Below, piece by piece: positions 13,901-27,300 of a stretch of DNA of 64,000 nt (the first letter of the stretch is position 1; every line of letters begins with the position of its first letter). This DNA comes from Fimbriosthenelais zetlandica. Lineage: Eukaryota. A program made the translations under genes and the position numbers. The DNA lies in contig OZ365112.1 of NCBI GenBank assembly GCA_977030845.1, positions 13,020,001-13,084,000 of the forward strand, given 5' to 3'. Below the pieces are notes generated by a model. It worked only from the letters and a program-made list of their open reading frames with translations, had not been told where the DNA came from and made no database searches.

Positions 13901-16900
13901 TGACAAATGCCATGCACCAGAAATGATTTTGATAGGCGCTTAGAAGGACATCACAAAGCATAAACCAAGAAGCATCCTCCCCACTTAATGACCTTTGATA
14001 AAAGGGCTTTGTTCAGCCAGGCTATCACACTAAGGCCTCTTTTTTCTTCATGGCCCTTTCAAGTAAGGTAGACCTTTTGCTCTTCTGCATGAAGGGACCG
14101 TGAAATTGGTATTCTCTGAGAGCTTTGGGTTGAAGGGCCTAATTTTATGTATAGCCCCATGTGTATAAGGTGCCCTACTGCGAAGGAAGCATTAAGTTCC
14201 TGCATTATGTGCCCTACCAAAGCCTATTGTTTTCCTCGAGTCATGCATGATAAGCCTAGTCTCCTGCATGTCAATTAGCTCATCTTTATTCAGGAGTTAA
14301 TAACAGAAAATTGCAGGACGTTGGAGGAAATTCAAAAAGGCAGATTTGCAAGAAATCGATTAGAGGGCTTGAAACAAAGGGAGTGGGACCGGGAACGGGA
14401 CTAGGTTCGAAATTTCGGAACTCATCCATGGTCGAAATTCCGAATACAAAATGACTACATATTGATAATATTATATGAATTTTAATACAATACGGTTGAA
14501 TCTGTAAGCAACAACACGTGAGGCACTGAACCTGCCTGTTAGAGATAGGAGGATCTTTGCTTGTCTGACATTGCTAAGAGATCTCCCCCTCTAGGAACAC
14601 AAAGCCTCTCACTGAGCTTGACAGTCTGAGAGGCCTGATAGGCTCAGAACACACCATTCACCAGTCCTACTTGATTTGTAAATCCAGATATACAACCATG
14701 ACAGATCTACAGGCTCCCCACGCTTGCAGATGTCCTATTGCAAACAAACTGCAATAAATGTTCTTTTGAAATGGAGAAAAATTGAGGGGCTTGGTGTTCC
14801 ATCAGAGCAGGTGAATGCAAATTGCTTGCATGTAATGAATCTGAAATCAAGGTCTGGGTGATTCATTACGATTAGGACCATTGCTAAATTACCCGAGTTC
14901 CAGGATCCCAGGAAGTATGGCCTCTGGTTTACAAATAATGATGACAAGTCAAATAGACTAGATGCCGTCACAATTGAAGAAAGGGAAAGGTACTGGGAGC
15001 TATTACTTTAGATTCTCGTTACCTTGAATGGATCCCGTATTGGGTGCCCGCCCCAACCCTCCACCCATCAACAACAACTATAGGTCTTGGAAGTAAATTG
15101 GATCAAACTGGAAATACGGGAATAGGCCACTGAAGACATAATAAGAAATGAAACTCCCTATAGTCATTGTTTGACGTGTATAAAAGTGTAAAATTTAGCT
15201 ATGGCAAAACATTTAACAAATACACATTATCATCTACAGGCGGATCAAGTTAGAGGTCGGTATAAAGGGGCTGATGTGTAGCAAAATAATTAACACTCTG
15301 AATCTAACAATCCAACTGGTCATCTAAATGCCTCACTACATGTATTTGCCCAATGAAAAGACTCAAGGATTTAACTTAGAACAACATTGGTTGGGATTAG
15401 CTGAGCCTAGTCCAATCCCACAGACATCTCTATCAGCACAGAGACATCTGAGGATGAAGGTAAGCACCTTGTCGACAGAATGATTGCTGGGGCAAGGCTA
15501 GAGGACAGCAAGAAAACGCCCACTCCGGGCCATCACTGGTCCTTTGGGAGGGTTAGTGGGGTCACCCAGGGCTCCTCTGTTACCCAGCAAGTGGTCAGGT
15601 ATAATTGGGCTCAATATATAATACAACATGCTGAATGTTTACACATCCAACAACTATATCCACCTATATTTCTCACCATATATTATATATATATATATAT
15701 GCAGTGGGAATATTCAATCACTTTGAACCGCAAATTTCGCCCCTTTCTCTAAAATTCATATTTTTGTATTGATTTGACCAAGAATAAGACTGTCCTGTAA
15801 CACATGTGGTAAAAAATGCGTGCAGTTCCCCAGATATACGACATGTATATCATATGTCAGGTACCTGAAGCACATACTACCTTTTGTCTCCTTTTTTCTG
15901 GGAAAGAAAAAGAGAGCCCAACTCTCTATGTATCTAGGAACTAGGCCAATGTATAGACATAATAGAGGACTCCGGAAACATGTCCATCTGTTGGGAGTCA
16001 CTCGGAATCAATACCAACAAGCTGGATAGGAAGGTGTGTGAGCTTTCTTCTTTCATAAAAGGTCGGGGGATACTAACAAAAGGATTAGCACCAGACAATA
16101 ACTAGGTTTGTATATATTGCTAAAAGTGTTTCTGGTCATTTAATTTGCACTTCTGGTCATTTTGTTTGCACTTCAAGAGTGCAGTCAGTCTGCATGCATA
16201 CTCCATAAATCTTATAATAAAGACCAAGTCCATGCTCCTTTAAAGACATTGCTATTGATTTATTGCATTGATAAGTAAAGAGGACCAAAGTGCCTTGCCT
16301 CTGTTCCAGGCACTGAAAGTGGAATGCCACCAATCAATTAGGCATCAAGGGCATGGATGAGATGGTCGGGGTGAGCTGAGAGTCAGGCAATAGACACATA
16401 TAACACCTGTCTGACCGAGAAACAAGATGCAGAGTGAAAGAAAACTAGATAAAGGGGACCATGCAACTTGGGAGGTGGAAGTGAGTATTCAGGTTAATAT
16501 AACAGAACTTCCAAACAATATAATGTCACAATGTTCGACCAAGGTATTGGGTTACACCGAAGGTGGTCAAGTGAGGGTATTACTTCCAAGGAATGTTACC
16601 TATCTTCAAATATAAAACTAAATCAGGATGGTTGTACTGGTTCCTAATCGTTTTGGGCCCTACATCATTTTACAAAGAAATGAAAAGCTAAAATTAATTC
16701 AACATATTTGTTCCATGAAGAAACACAGATCATTCTTTTTCACGAAGTGGAGAGCAAAATAATGATTGCATTGCATGATGTCCCATCATAACTTGTAAAC
16801 ATTTTTCGTGAGAAAAGTTTACCAATATTTCTTTAAGCATATTCAAAACTTGCCCCAAGTCAGGTTTACTCAAGGCATGGCGAGCAGAATCAAATACAAG

Positions 16901-19033
16901 GAGAAGAATCGCTGCAGCCAAGCAGAAGGTGTCAGGACTACTTTCATCCCTTGTTACAATTAAAAACACCCATACTGGCAGTCTGCTGGCCAAAGACTTG
17001 GAAATCGCTTCCTTTGAAGTTTATTTAGGCATCTTTGAAGACACTAATCAGGACCTGGTAAGAAGGGTGGGCTGTTTTTAGTGAATGGAGATATCATTTG
17101 ATTCAAGAACCTCACTGAGGGAAAGTGATGATTCTGCTTGACTTTGGTTTGGATTCCTAATGTGGGACTTTAATTGTTCCTTTCATTGCCCATTCTCGGG
17201 AATACCAGAAGGTAGAAACAAAGGAATGTCACCCGTGCATTCCCAAATAAAATTTCCAGATGCACTAAAATGCCACAGATCCATTAACATTTCAACGAAT
17301 AACTTTCAAAGTACACCAATGGATACAAGATCCACCAGGAATTGAAAGTCTCAACTACCTGAAGATGAGAAATAATGAAGGTTCTCAGGGAATAGTATGA
17401 TCCAAAAAGTGCTTCTAGCTGGAGACATGCATTGGAATCTGGGGAAAACTTTTGGGTTCAATCAAGTAAAGCCAAATGCGAATCGTGTCATCATGGGTCA
17501 TTCTGATACCAGGGAAAGTTTCGCCACTATTTCATAAAGAACCAGGATGGCATTAAAATAATCTGGCATGTGATGGAGATCGTTTTCCTCTCGTGTTAAA
17601 GCATGATACTTGGATAATGTCCAGGTTGTCGTCTAAATAATAGAGACCCAAAATGTAACTTCAGACAAGTTTCAACAGTGTCATGTTGAATGCAAAATGT
17701 TAAATGCCCACAGTGGTGAAGGCCATTTAAATGTGTTTTATGTCTACAGCTAAGTTAGGTGGTAAGGACATGTCACATGTGATTAGGTAAGCTTTTGATG
17801 ACAGACTTAACGAGGTATGTCCGTGACAGTTGCCTAACCAGCCGTATAGACCTGACCTTGATGGGGCAAAGAAAACTTTTCTCCTTTGGCTTCAAAGTCC
17901 AAGCCAGATGAAATGAATGAAAAAAGTTAACATTGAAAGAAGACTTTGCTAGTGTCCAATAAAGGCAGAAGGAAGTCTGCACGAGACTTTGCTTTTTGTT
18001 TACATGTACCTGTGTTCTAACCTATTTTACTGACAAATTCTGAAGGTCTTATCTATTGACACCAGTTATGCTGACATGCGGGAGGATCCTAGACGTAAGT
18101 TTAATGAGCGATAATATATCGATCCTCTCATAGACCCCCTTGGGAAAACTCTAAATGCACCAGACTTCTTTCCAGCAATTCTAATTGATTTCGGGTGGAA
18201 AAAGGTTCAAGTCTTTGTCACTCAACGAGAACAGATCATGAATCGATGGTGGACAGCAATATGGAGGAGCTGCGAGCAAAACAGAGACGACCATCTAGGA
18301 AGATGCTGAAGACGGTTCAATCAATACATGTATAGGTCTGCTATGAACCAAGAAATTGTGGGAATACAACCATGTGCGTTATCACATGGAAGGTACAGTT
18401 GTAATGAGTGTCTGGTCGGGGTTTGGTCCTTACACCTCAAGATATGAGACGGACATATATATTTTTTTAAATATTCTTCAGAAAAGTAGAACCAGATCTG
18501 AGCTTCTGCCCTTGAAATTGCAAATGAATTCAATTTATATTTGAGGCAGAGCGTCTCTATACCAGATTGGAATTATTTTTTTTCACAGTGGTCACACACA
18601 TATATAGGATGAGAGAGAAGTTCTCAGGAACCTTCAAAGATGCTGTATCCCATCATTCTCTGTCCATATCCTGTGCACATAATGTATTCCTGACAGTTCA
18701 ATCTGACTATTCGAGGAAATAATACAATTAGGATATTATAAGCAAAGATGCGTCATCAATTTCAAATCCTTTATATTATATGTGATCCTCGTATATTGAA
18801 ACATGGCACGGAGGATATTGCTTTCCTGCTGAATGTCTGACTTAGAGAAGACCAATGCTATAGGAGGACTATTTGATATTCATAATATTCTTTTAGGTAG
18901 CCTCCAGGGGCTTGCCATAAGGTAGGCAAGGGCAACTGGTATAAGGACTTCTGTGGAACTGAAAATTCACAGAGACTTGAAGACCACTAGTTATGTAAAT
19001 GCAATGCTATCCTAAAGACACATTTAGAGGAAA

Positions 19034-19140
19034 TTATTAGACTGACATTTGAGAGAAATTGTTTTCTCGACAAGAGAATAATTTGAGAGAAATTGTTCTC
19101 TCGACAAGAGAATAATTTCCTTCAAATGTCAGTCTAATAA
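19034..19140. mobile_element. Small palindromic MITE-like element with an internal 34-bp duplication
   Basis: Perfect 19-bp inverted arms TTATTAGACTGACATTTGA / TCAAATGTCAGTCTAATAA. Confidence 0.7.
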
Positions 19141-22100
19141 GTAAATCCACTCTATAGGTTTAAAGCATGACAGCCCTGACCTTCTCCTCGATTTAAGTGG
19201 AATCACAAAGACTTAAATACACAGTTTAAATACAATATAATACATTGCATGAAAGAACTGTTCAGGTCCAAATACCTTCATGCCAAAGTATAATTTAAAT
19301 GCAAACGTTTTACCTTGATGAAAAGTTTCATTTACATGCCATGGTTCTTACATCTTCAGGACGTTAATATGGCCATGTCATTTGATTACTGGCTGCCTAC
19401 TACGCATTTAAGAAGAATCTTTTCTATTGCTATAATTACATTTATTGAATGAAAGCTGTGCAGAAGAAAGCATCTTTTCTCTGAGTAGTATAGAAAATCC
19501 AACATTAGAACTGTAAGCGAGTACATGCTACATGGGCACTGTCACTGTATAAAATATTCAATCAATAAAAGGGAATAGAAAAACAGAGAGGGCTCTATTC
19601 AATCAATAAGAGGTGAAAAAGTAGGGGCATTAGTTGGCTGTTGGTCACGCCACAGAGCAGAATGTACCATGGGTCATGATCCTTGCCTTTCGTTAGGGGA
19701 CTGCATGATAGATTAACCTACTTAGGTAAGTGTCTAGTGTCACGAGGGACACACCTTCGCCTGACCACCACAAAAAAGGCAGAGAAGATAAAAGAAAACA
19801 CACACCAGAAACAAGGTACATGTACAATGCAAGACAGAACTATTCTAAAACAAGGTCATAACATGCCAAAAACTTTCAAGGGCTTAAAGTCAGCCTGATG
19901 ATGATATAATTTACAGGGGTAGAGAAAGACCTGGTTATGGGCCAAATTAATACATCCCTCTGCCAACAAGGGAACATCAAAGACAATGACCTTGCCATCA
20001 GGCTACAACTAGACATTTCATGGGCAGTCTGAATATATAACCTGGGCCGAGGTTCTAGCTTCTGACTGATAGCCCACATAAGCCATGCTCGGAAAATGAG
20101 ACTTCAACCAGTTCAATGGACATGGTTAGGCTTCTATAAAAGTAGACACAGACATGGGGCCCCTAGATGCAACATATATTCCCAGATGTTTTAGCCCCGG
20201 ATAAAGAAAAGCTGCCAATGACCCTACCCTCATTGATTCATGGATTACTTTTGGCTAGGTGGATGTCAAAGGCAACCTTTAGTCTTTGATCTTAGCAACA
20301 GCTACAAAAGGTGGAGCATTGGTGTCAGTGTCTTCCGACCTTCATTGGCACTCATTAAGTATGAAAACCCTTTTCCGTGGAATTTCCGTGGAGTAGGGTT
20401 CTCTCAGCATTCATACAATAACATTTGAATTGTTTATCATTACTTGGAATGATGTTTTATTTTATCCTCCGCTCCATATAAATGAGGCTTTCCTCATAAT
20501 AAAAAATAAAGTCAATTATGAGCGACGGAGAACCTTTCATTCTTTCCGTACGATCGCATGCAGTATCATAAAATAATGTTAAATGTATGGATTAGTACGA
20601 AAAATACAGCTCGTTAAAAAGTCATAGTTGCCTTTGGAAACAAAAGGCTTCTTCATTATGTCATCCACTACATGTCTAAAAACAACAATCTGTATTGTAC
20701 TTTGTCACTTTAATTTTCATTTGGCTTTCCATCTTCTCTTTTCTAATCTTTTACTTGTGTCCTGCTTCACCCATTTTTATCCTTCCTTTTCTGGTTTACC
20801 CCCACACTTTCAGTCTCAATTCTCTACCCTCATCCTGTCTTTCAGTCTCAATCTTCTACCCTCAGTCTCTTCAATCCACTCTAATTCTCTTCTCTCTGAC
20901 TTTCCTTTTCTCCCCATACATTTTTGTCTTTGGCAGTTGAAGCAGTAAAGCCCACCCTTGCTGGAGGGCATCTAGATGTAAAATCTCCCGCCACTAATCT
21001 CCTATATATCTTATAAACATCAAATCATCTGCTTATCTCGTTCACCAAAGTAACCGATGAAGTGAAATCAGGTTAAAATCAGGCGTATGGTTACCCTGGA
21101 AATTTTAATTTAATTACCATCTATCCATCCCAGCTGGGCGCCATCTCATATCTCAAATAACGAAGTCAGCGACACTATCCGTGCATCTTAACTGATGCAG
21201 AGCCTAGCACTAAGCAGGGCGCCAGGAAAAGCGATTTGCAAGCGGATGGTTTTATGCTTTTGCGCTGAAGTAACTTAAGCTGCAAGAAAGAATTTACCCC
21301 ATCATGGTGCAGAGTCGGTGTATCGATCAACTGATGTCAATTACAGAATCGTCTTAAAGAGCCTTGACAAGAACAGGTTCTCTCACGGCGGCTCTAGTAT
21401 GGAAGGCTCATAGCTGATATATTTCATCATGTCTCATATATTTTATACTTAAGAATTCAATTCTGCCCAGAGGTAATACTATTGACATTTACCGCTCAGG
21501 CTATTATTTCTGAACAAAATACGTTCTGAACAATAGATCATATTCCATTTCAGACACTCAGAATATATATTTTTCTTCCTCCTTAACCTAATGTATATCA
21601 TGCCTCCCATTTGCTTACATACAAAATATAATATTATGAGGCAATAATGCACATCTTAAACATCTGTCAAATATTTCTGAAGTGAAGCGTAACTAGTAGG
21701 TAATAAGATGTTTGGGGTAAGAAAATGAACTGCAAATTTCAGTACAAAAAACCTCATCATAGTGTTGCATCATCATAATTCCCATAGGCTATATTACTCT
21801 TCCAAATCGAACTTAAATAACGGTTAATTTGTTTGCAAGCAATGACTAATGAGACGAGGTGAGGGGTAATTGAGTATGTTCACACATTTATGTAACCATA
21901 TATGTATGTGTACACTAATGTGTTTTGTGCTCCAGGCTGTGGAGGCAGGTAATTAATAGAGTAACAGTAGGAACGCAATCTGTCAGCAGGCCCATCATGT
22001 TCCCAGAACTCATTACTGAGAGCAGAATGATGCTGTGGGCAAGAGACATGATATAACATGGATCAGTGGGTGGGTAAGCAACGAGTGAGGCCCTTCTCAT

Positions 22101-22559
22101 TACCGAAATACCTTTCCACTGCCAAAACATACTCCACCATACTTTAGCTAACTGATTAATTCTCAGCCACACCAACTATTCATTGCAAAAACTGAAATTC
22201 AACTGAAAATCTCAAGAATGTCATTGCTGTTAACATCTCATTTTCTGGATGAGAACTGAGTATGACTATCTGGCATCAGCCTCAGGTAGATTTATTTGAA
22301 AAGATTGGAATATATTCCAGAGCGAAATGTAAATGGGACAGCAAATATACTACATGCGTTACCTATATTAAATATATCATAATCTAATTCAAAACACATT
22401 GAATATACATAGATTATTAGATGAGCACTTTGCTAGAGCAGTAATGAACATGAGAGGTTCCAAGTCTGAGCATATGAATAGGAACTGTCATTTCCTGAGT
22501 GCCCACAGGTACTTCAATTATAGTAATATACGAAGACGAGTCTTCATAATCTAATGACA

Positions 22560-23450
22560 GATGGAAACCAGAGCTCATTTGGTATTCATTCATTGAGAAA
22601 GGATAACATGTATCATGGCCAGGTGCACTGTGGAAAAATTAATCCCCACCAGGGTGCGGTCCTAAATCTTGCGATAATGCTTCTCTCAATGGCAGACCGG
22701 ATGCATCCTTCAACTAGCAAGGCCACCACTTATCATACTACTGAATATCAATTATAGCAGTAGCTTCTCCACTATTGAAAGAGGGTAATTCCTCTGAGAG
22801 AAGGGGTCAGTTTCTTTCGATAGGCCAGCAAATCTGTATGCTGCAACAAGCAGCTTTTATGTGATAAATTCAAGGAGGTTTCGTCTCTGCAGACAGTCGA
22901 GGTGGCCAGTCTGTTGGTGGGTGGGTCGCTCTGAGACTCTGAGACTTTTCTAACAGATTAGCCTAAGCTTGGCAGGCAGACCCACAAATCCAGAATATCA
23001 AAGCCTAGCCTGGACGCACCAGTCTATTGATGCAAGACGGCTGTCCTCCCTTCTCTTTGCCTTCAACCCAGCCAAACAGGCACTTAGGATTAAATAACAT
23101 CAGCTTTAGTATTGTTCATGCCAGCCAGAAGAAGCTGCTCCACTTTAGCCATCTGGCTGAAAGACTTAAAGATTTTTGGATTCTGTAGGAGGGGTGTTGG
23201 AATGCTGCGACAGGAGGAATGATAGATGGCCGTGGGTTGAGTGGGAAGGGGCGGGTTTTAAGGCGGAAATCATATGCAAATACCACTGTCAAGAAGGGCA
23301 GTCGTCGTGACAAGATTTCTCTTAAAAGCTTTTCACATTCTTTTTGTGCATGTCAATGCAAGTCGAGTACTTCTAGAGGATTCACCGGGTTGGATGAAGG
23401 CCTGATTGAAATCACCCCAATCATCCTGTTTCAATATATTCTCAACTCCT
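22560..23450 (-). mobile_element. Decayed LINE fragment (APE and RT motifs)
   Basis: WGDFNQA at ~23400-23420 and frameshifted RGITL.SIVEKLL at ~22760-22795; the spacing is shorter than usual, implying a deletion or chance. Confidence 0.35.
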
Positions 23451-24235
23451 ACATATCAACTGGTGATGCAAGCGAGCGAAAAATAATAAGAGTAAGAAGC
23501 AACGAAGATGACGGAGCACCAAAAAGTTAATATGGACGGTTCTCAAATCTGATTGCAACAGAACTGAGTATCTGTCATGAGGGATGTTTTCTTGAACAGA
23601 GAGAAGATGGATTCTGAGTGAAAATCCAAGGGGGCGGCATTCTAAGACATCAAAAGTTACAGTAGTGCGTGACTATTCCTTGAAAAATATATCATTAATC
23701 TTAAAGGAAAATAGTTATCAAGCTTTGAACGTATCTGAATGTATAATTCCTTGTTGACACTAATGTATCTAGTTACACGATAAGAACATTTTTTCTTCAG
23801 ATGTGACATCACACAGAATTGTGGTCTCATAATCTCCCCATCAACAAAGCAGTGCCTCGAGCATTTCCTTTGGACTTCTAAGAAAAGATTGATAATCGGT
23901 TAACGATTTCCCTGTTCAAAGCATTCCAAAAAAATCAACAACAGTCAATATTTTGTAGAAAATAGCTAGTATGCGGAATGGTCGACCCAGTTCTTGTCAC
24001 GAAACCTTGAGAGCATCATGACTAGTGAACTAGAATGACTTGGAGGTTTATTCATGGTAGCTCATAGCATATAATCATTCCCATTTGTCTCTAAGCTGTA
24101 GCTAACCATTTGTCTGGGTTTTTGTGTCTCAAGTCTGGTCCAGTCTGTCTAGTTAGGCCACAATGACTATCTCCTGACATGAATCAGCTTAATCTTTAGA
24201 AGTTTTGCATGTCAAGAACGTAGGAGACTACTTAC

Positions 24236-24358
24236 TTGCTACTTTTAGAGGTAGGTCTTGCAGAGCCAGGAGTCGATAAACCATCGCTCCTACTAGAGCC
24301 TGGACAGGAAGGTGCTTCAACAGGCAATGTACTCATGGTGGTCCGGAGTGCATCAAAT
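24236..24358 (-). CDS. LRR gene exon 15 (FDALRTTMSTLP...SARPTSKSS)
   Basis: tttcaccag acceptor; ends at AA|gtaagt, and read-through gives AAG TAA (stop at 24234-24232). Confidence 0.82.
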
Positions 24359-27300
24359 CTGGTGAAAATGATGAGGAGAAGACGTGAGGAATACATACAT
24401 GTAGTATAGTAAAAATAGGTCTTTATTGAAACAGGCCAAGACAGAAATTAAGGGAGGAAAGACCTCAGACAGGTGGGAAGAAATGGATCAAAGGAAGTAG
24501 GTAGGGAAGGAAGTTGGGGAAGAATAAGAAGCTGGGGAAGGAAGGAAGAATCCTATATTGTAGGAAGGAAAGATACAATTTGGAAGTAAGTAAAGGAAGG
24601 AAAGGAAAAAAAGAAGAGAAAACGGGTTTGAGTCGACAGAGCAATTCTCTTGTATATCGATCAGATCCAGCCATGCCAGAATTCCTGGCACCTCTCCGTA
24701 CAAAGCAAGGTTGGAACATATCAAATAAAGGCATTCTTTTTTTATCAATGGTAATATAAAAAAGACCTTCTGTCCCCATGACAAGGACATATAGAGGAAG
24801 AGGTCCAACAGATGAAAGATTTACTTCTGTGGGGTGTCTGGATCTTTTTCTTCATATAAAAGACCAACATGTTCTCTGTCAAGGTCAGGTTTTAGCAGCT
24901 ACTGAGCTACTATTACATCTATCTCCACCAATCGAACCTATCTAGACCTTACATGCCAACAGCAGTGGCTGATTTGCATGCACAAATCTCATTAGGATCT
25001 GTGCATACAAAGTGTCAGAAGTTTGGAGCAAATCCTCCATAAGACTTTCGTGCCTGAATATATGTGATATAACTTTTGTATCAGGTACACATAGGGAAGA
25101 AATGGTAAAGAACCTCTATTATTTATACTAATATACTTATATTATATGAGAAATAAGCTCAGGGATGTGTATGATGAATATCAAGCCTTCAGGGTCTTTT
25201 TATTGTATTACATCAGTATCCAGACAGCACAGATGGTGTAGTACCAGTGGTGGGTAGTATTCATACTGACAATGGTCACAAATGCTCTCCTGTGACCTGA
25301 CAGACAGAGGGAGGGAAAGAGGTATTCTCCTCCTCCAGTTACTGCCAATTGGCAGTACCACAGCTGCGAATGTTCAATCATATTTTCCTATATTGTAAAC
25401 CAATATTCCCTATGAAATTCCAAGAAAAATGACTGGTGGAAAACGTTATATTTTTATGTTTACTTCGGTTAAACTATGAAGATGTATTCATAAGGAACAG
25501 CATTTTTGAAGATGAATATAATTCATTGTCTTATATGGGTGATTTTTGAAAGCATCTCAACACATAAAGATCTATATATATTTAGGTGAGCATGGTAAAA
25601 TATCATGTTTCCCTGCTTCTTCTCTGGGCCTAAAGCTCCGGTAAGGTCGGGTGTTGTGAAGCCACAAGAAGGCCAGACAGGGACGATAGAGAGATAGCAG
25701 GTCAATTACTGAGGAGGAGGGGGCAGCGCGAGGCACAGATGTTATAAGGTCTCACTATGTATTTCTTCAGGGGACATTCCTCAAGACATTTCACTACATA
25801 TCCCCGCTTTCAAGCACACCACTTGAATGTTTTATGTGATAGGGAAAGTACATCGTTAAAGGTAAAGATAGTAAAAAAAATCGATTTTATTAGATAGCAA
25901 AAATATAAGGAAATACTAACCGGCTCGATAGATTAGATTCAAAATCCATGATGCCCGTTTCTAGATGTTTCAACTGGTTTTCTACCTGCCGGGTGCTGAC
26001 AACTGAGAGAGCAAGAAAGAAATAGAGATGTCTTAATAAATGGTAATGGAGGTAATTATAATAAATGGGAGCATGAAAATGAATCAAGGCATTCTCTACA
26101 AAATTATTTACACACATTAGAATAATAGAGACAAGAAAGTACCCACGAATAGATATTTAAAAGCAATTATATTTATTATTTTATTTACTACAGACAATTA
26201 CTTGGAAATGCAATTTGGACTGGATGCGCTTTTCCAACGGACGAGCAGGACCGAAAAGAAAGAGTAGGATCTGACCAGGCCTTGAAACTCAGAGTGAGAA
26301 CCCTTGATTTTATTCTTATAATGAGATCAAAAAGTCCGAGTGTTTTGGAAGGATGTTATGAAGAGGCTGCTTTTTTTAATAAGAAATCTTTAACCCTGTG
26401 TTTTCTGGCGTGGCTTGCTTTAGAAGATTGGGCTTTTTTTTGTTGGGTGGCGGAGGGGGGGGGGGGAGGGGGCTGGACAAACAACTTCATGATTCCGCTT
26501 GGTTAATCAGGATAAACTCAAGGGGCAAGTAAGATGACATCAATTTCATTCCGGGTGACATGCAGGACAGAAATCCCCCTTAGTTATTTGGATCTGGCGT
26601 ATCTTCTGCTCACTAAAAACCTATTTCATTTGCTTCTATTTCTTATCTGACCATGCAGATGAATTTCATCTCATGCAGCACTGAAACTCAGGCTGAAACT
26701 CATACAATACCCATCTCACTTTCCTTGGATCCCTATTTCCAAGTGACCATACGTAGCCCTACCTCACAAATAGCCAAGGTATACAAGTATCCAATTTCAC
26801 GTGATATACTCTACTATTTAAGGACTGAAAATCTGTGAAGTGAAATTCAATCAAGTCTGAACCTACTAAGCTATCGACAAGCCATGCCAAAATGTGAAAC
26901 AAGTATGATTCACTGCACGGTGATGTGAGACGAGATACTGTTGTTTTTCTCCCACATTTGTGATTTGATTAAACTGGTGGTACATGCAATTTTCTTCAGA
27001 GTCAGAAACTGAAATGCATCTCTGCTGAGAAACTTACTCGAACCTTCAGAAAATGTTTTTCAGACAGAAAACCGAACCATGTCATGACATTTAATTTAGC
27101 TTCTTCACTTCCCTTCGTTAAACATTTTGTCCACCCTTGATATAAAAGACATTTTCAGATAGACATTAAAATGTCTCACTGTGTAGGAAATGCGAATTAT
27201 ACGCATGAAGGGGAATACATGTACAAATTCACAAAGAACATTCCTATGAGAAGAATTATTGATTGGATTGATGTTTAATCATCCAGGATGAAGCTAGGAG

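Noticed and set aside
16980-17640. Possible LINE remnant on the minus strand (DYFNAIL, PGPD*)
   Set aside because: Only two short motifs with atypical spacing; not enough to call.
26450-26475. G-rich tracts (also the C-rich tract at ~42680-42730 and the G-rich tract at ~52350-52385) as G-quadruplexes
   Set aside because: Simple homopolymer-rich tracts with no supporting context.
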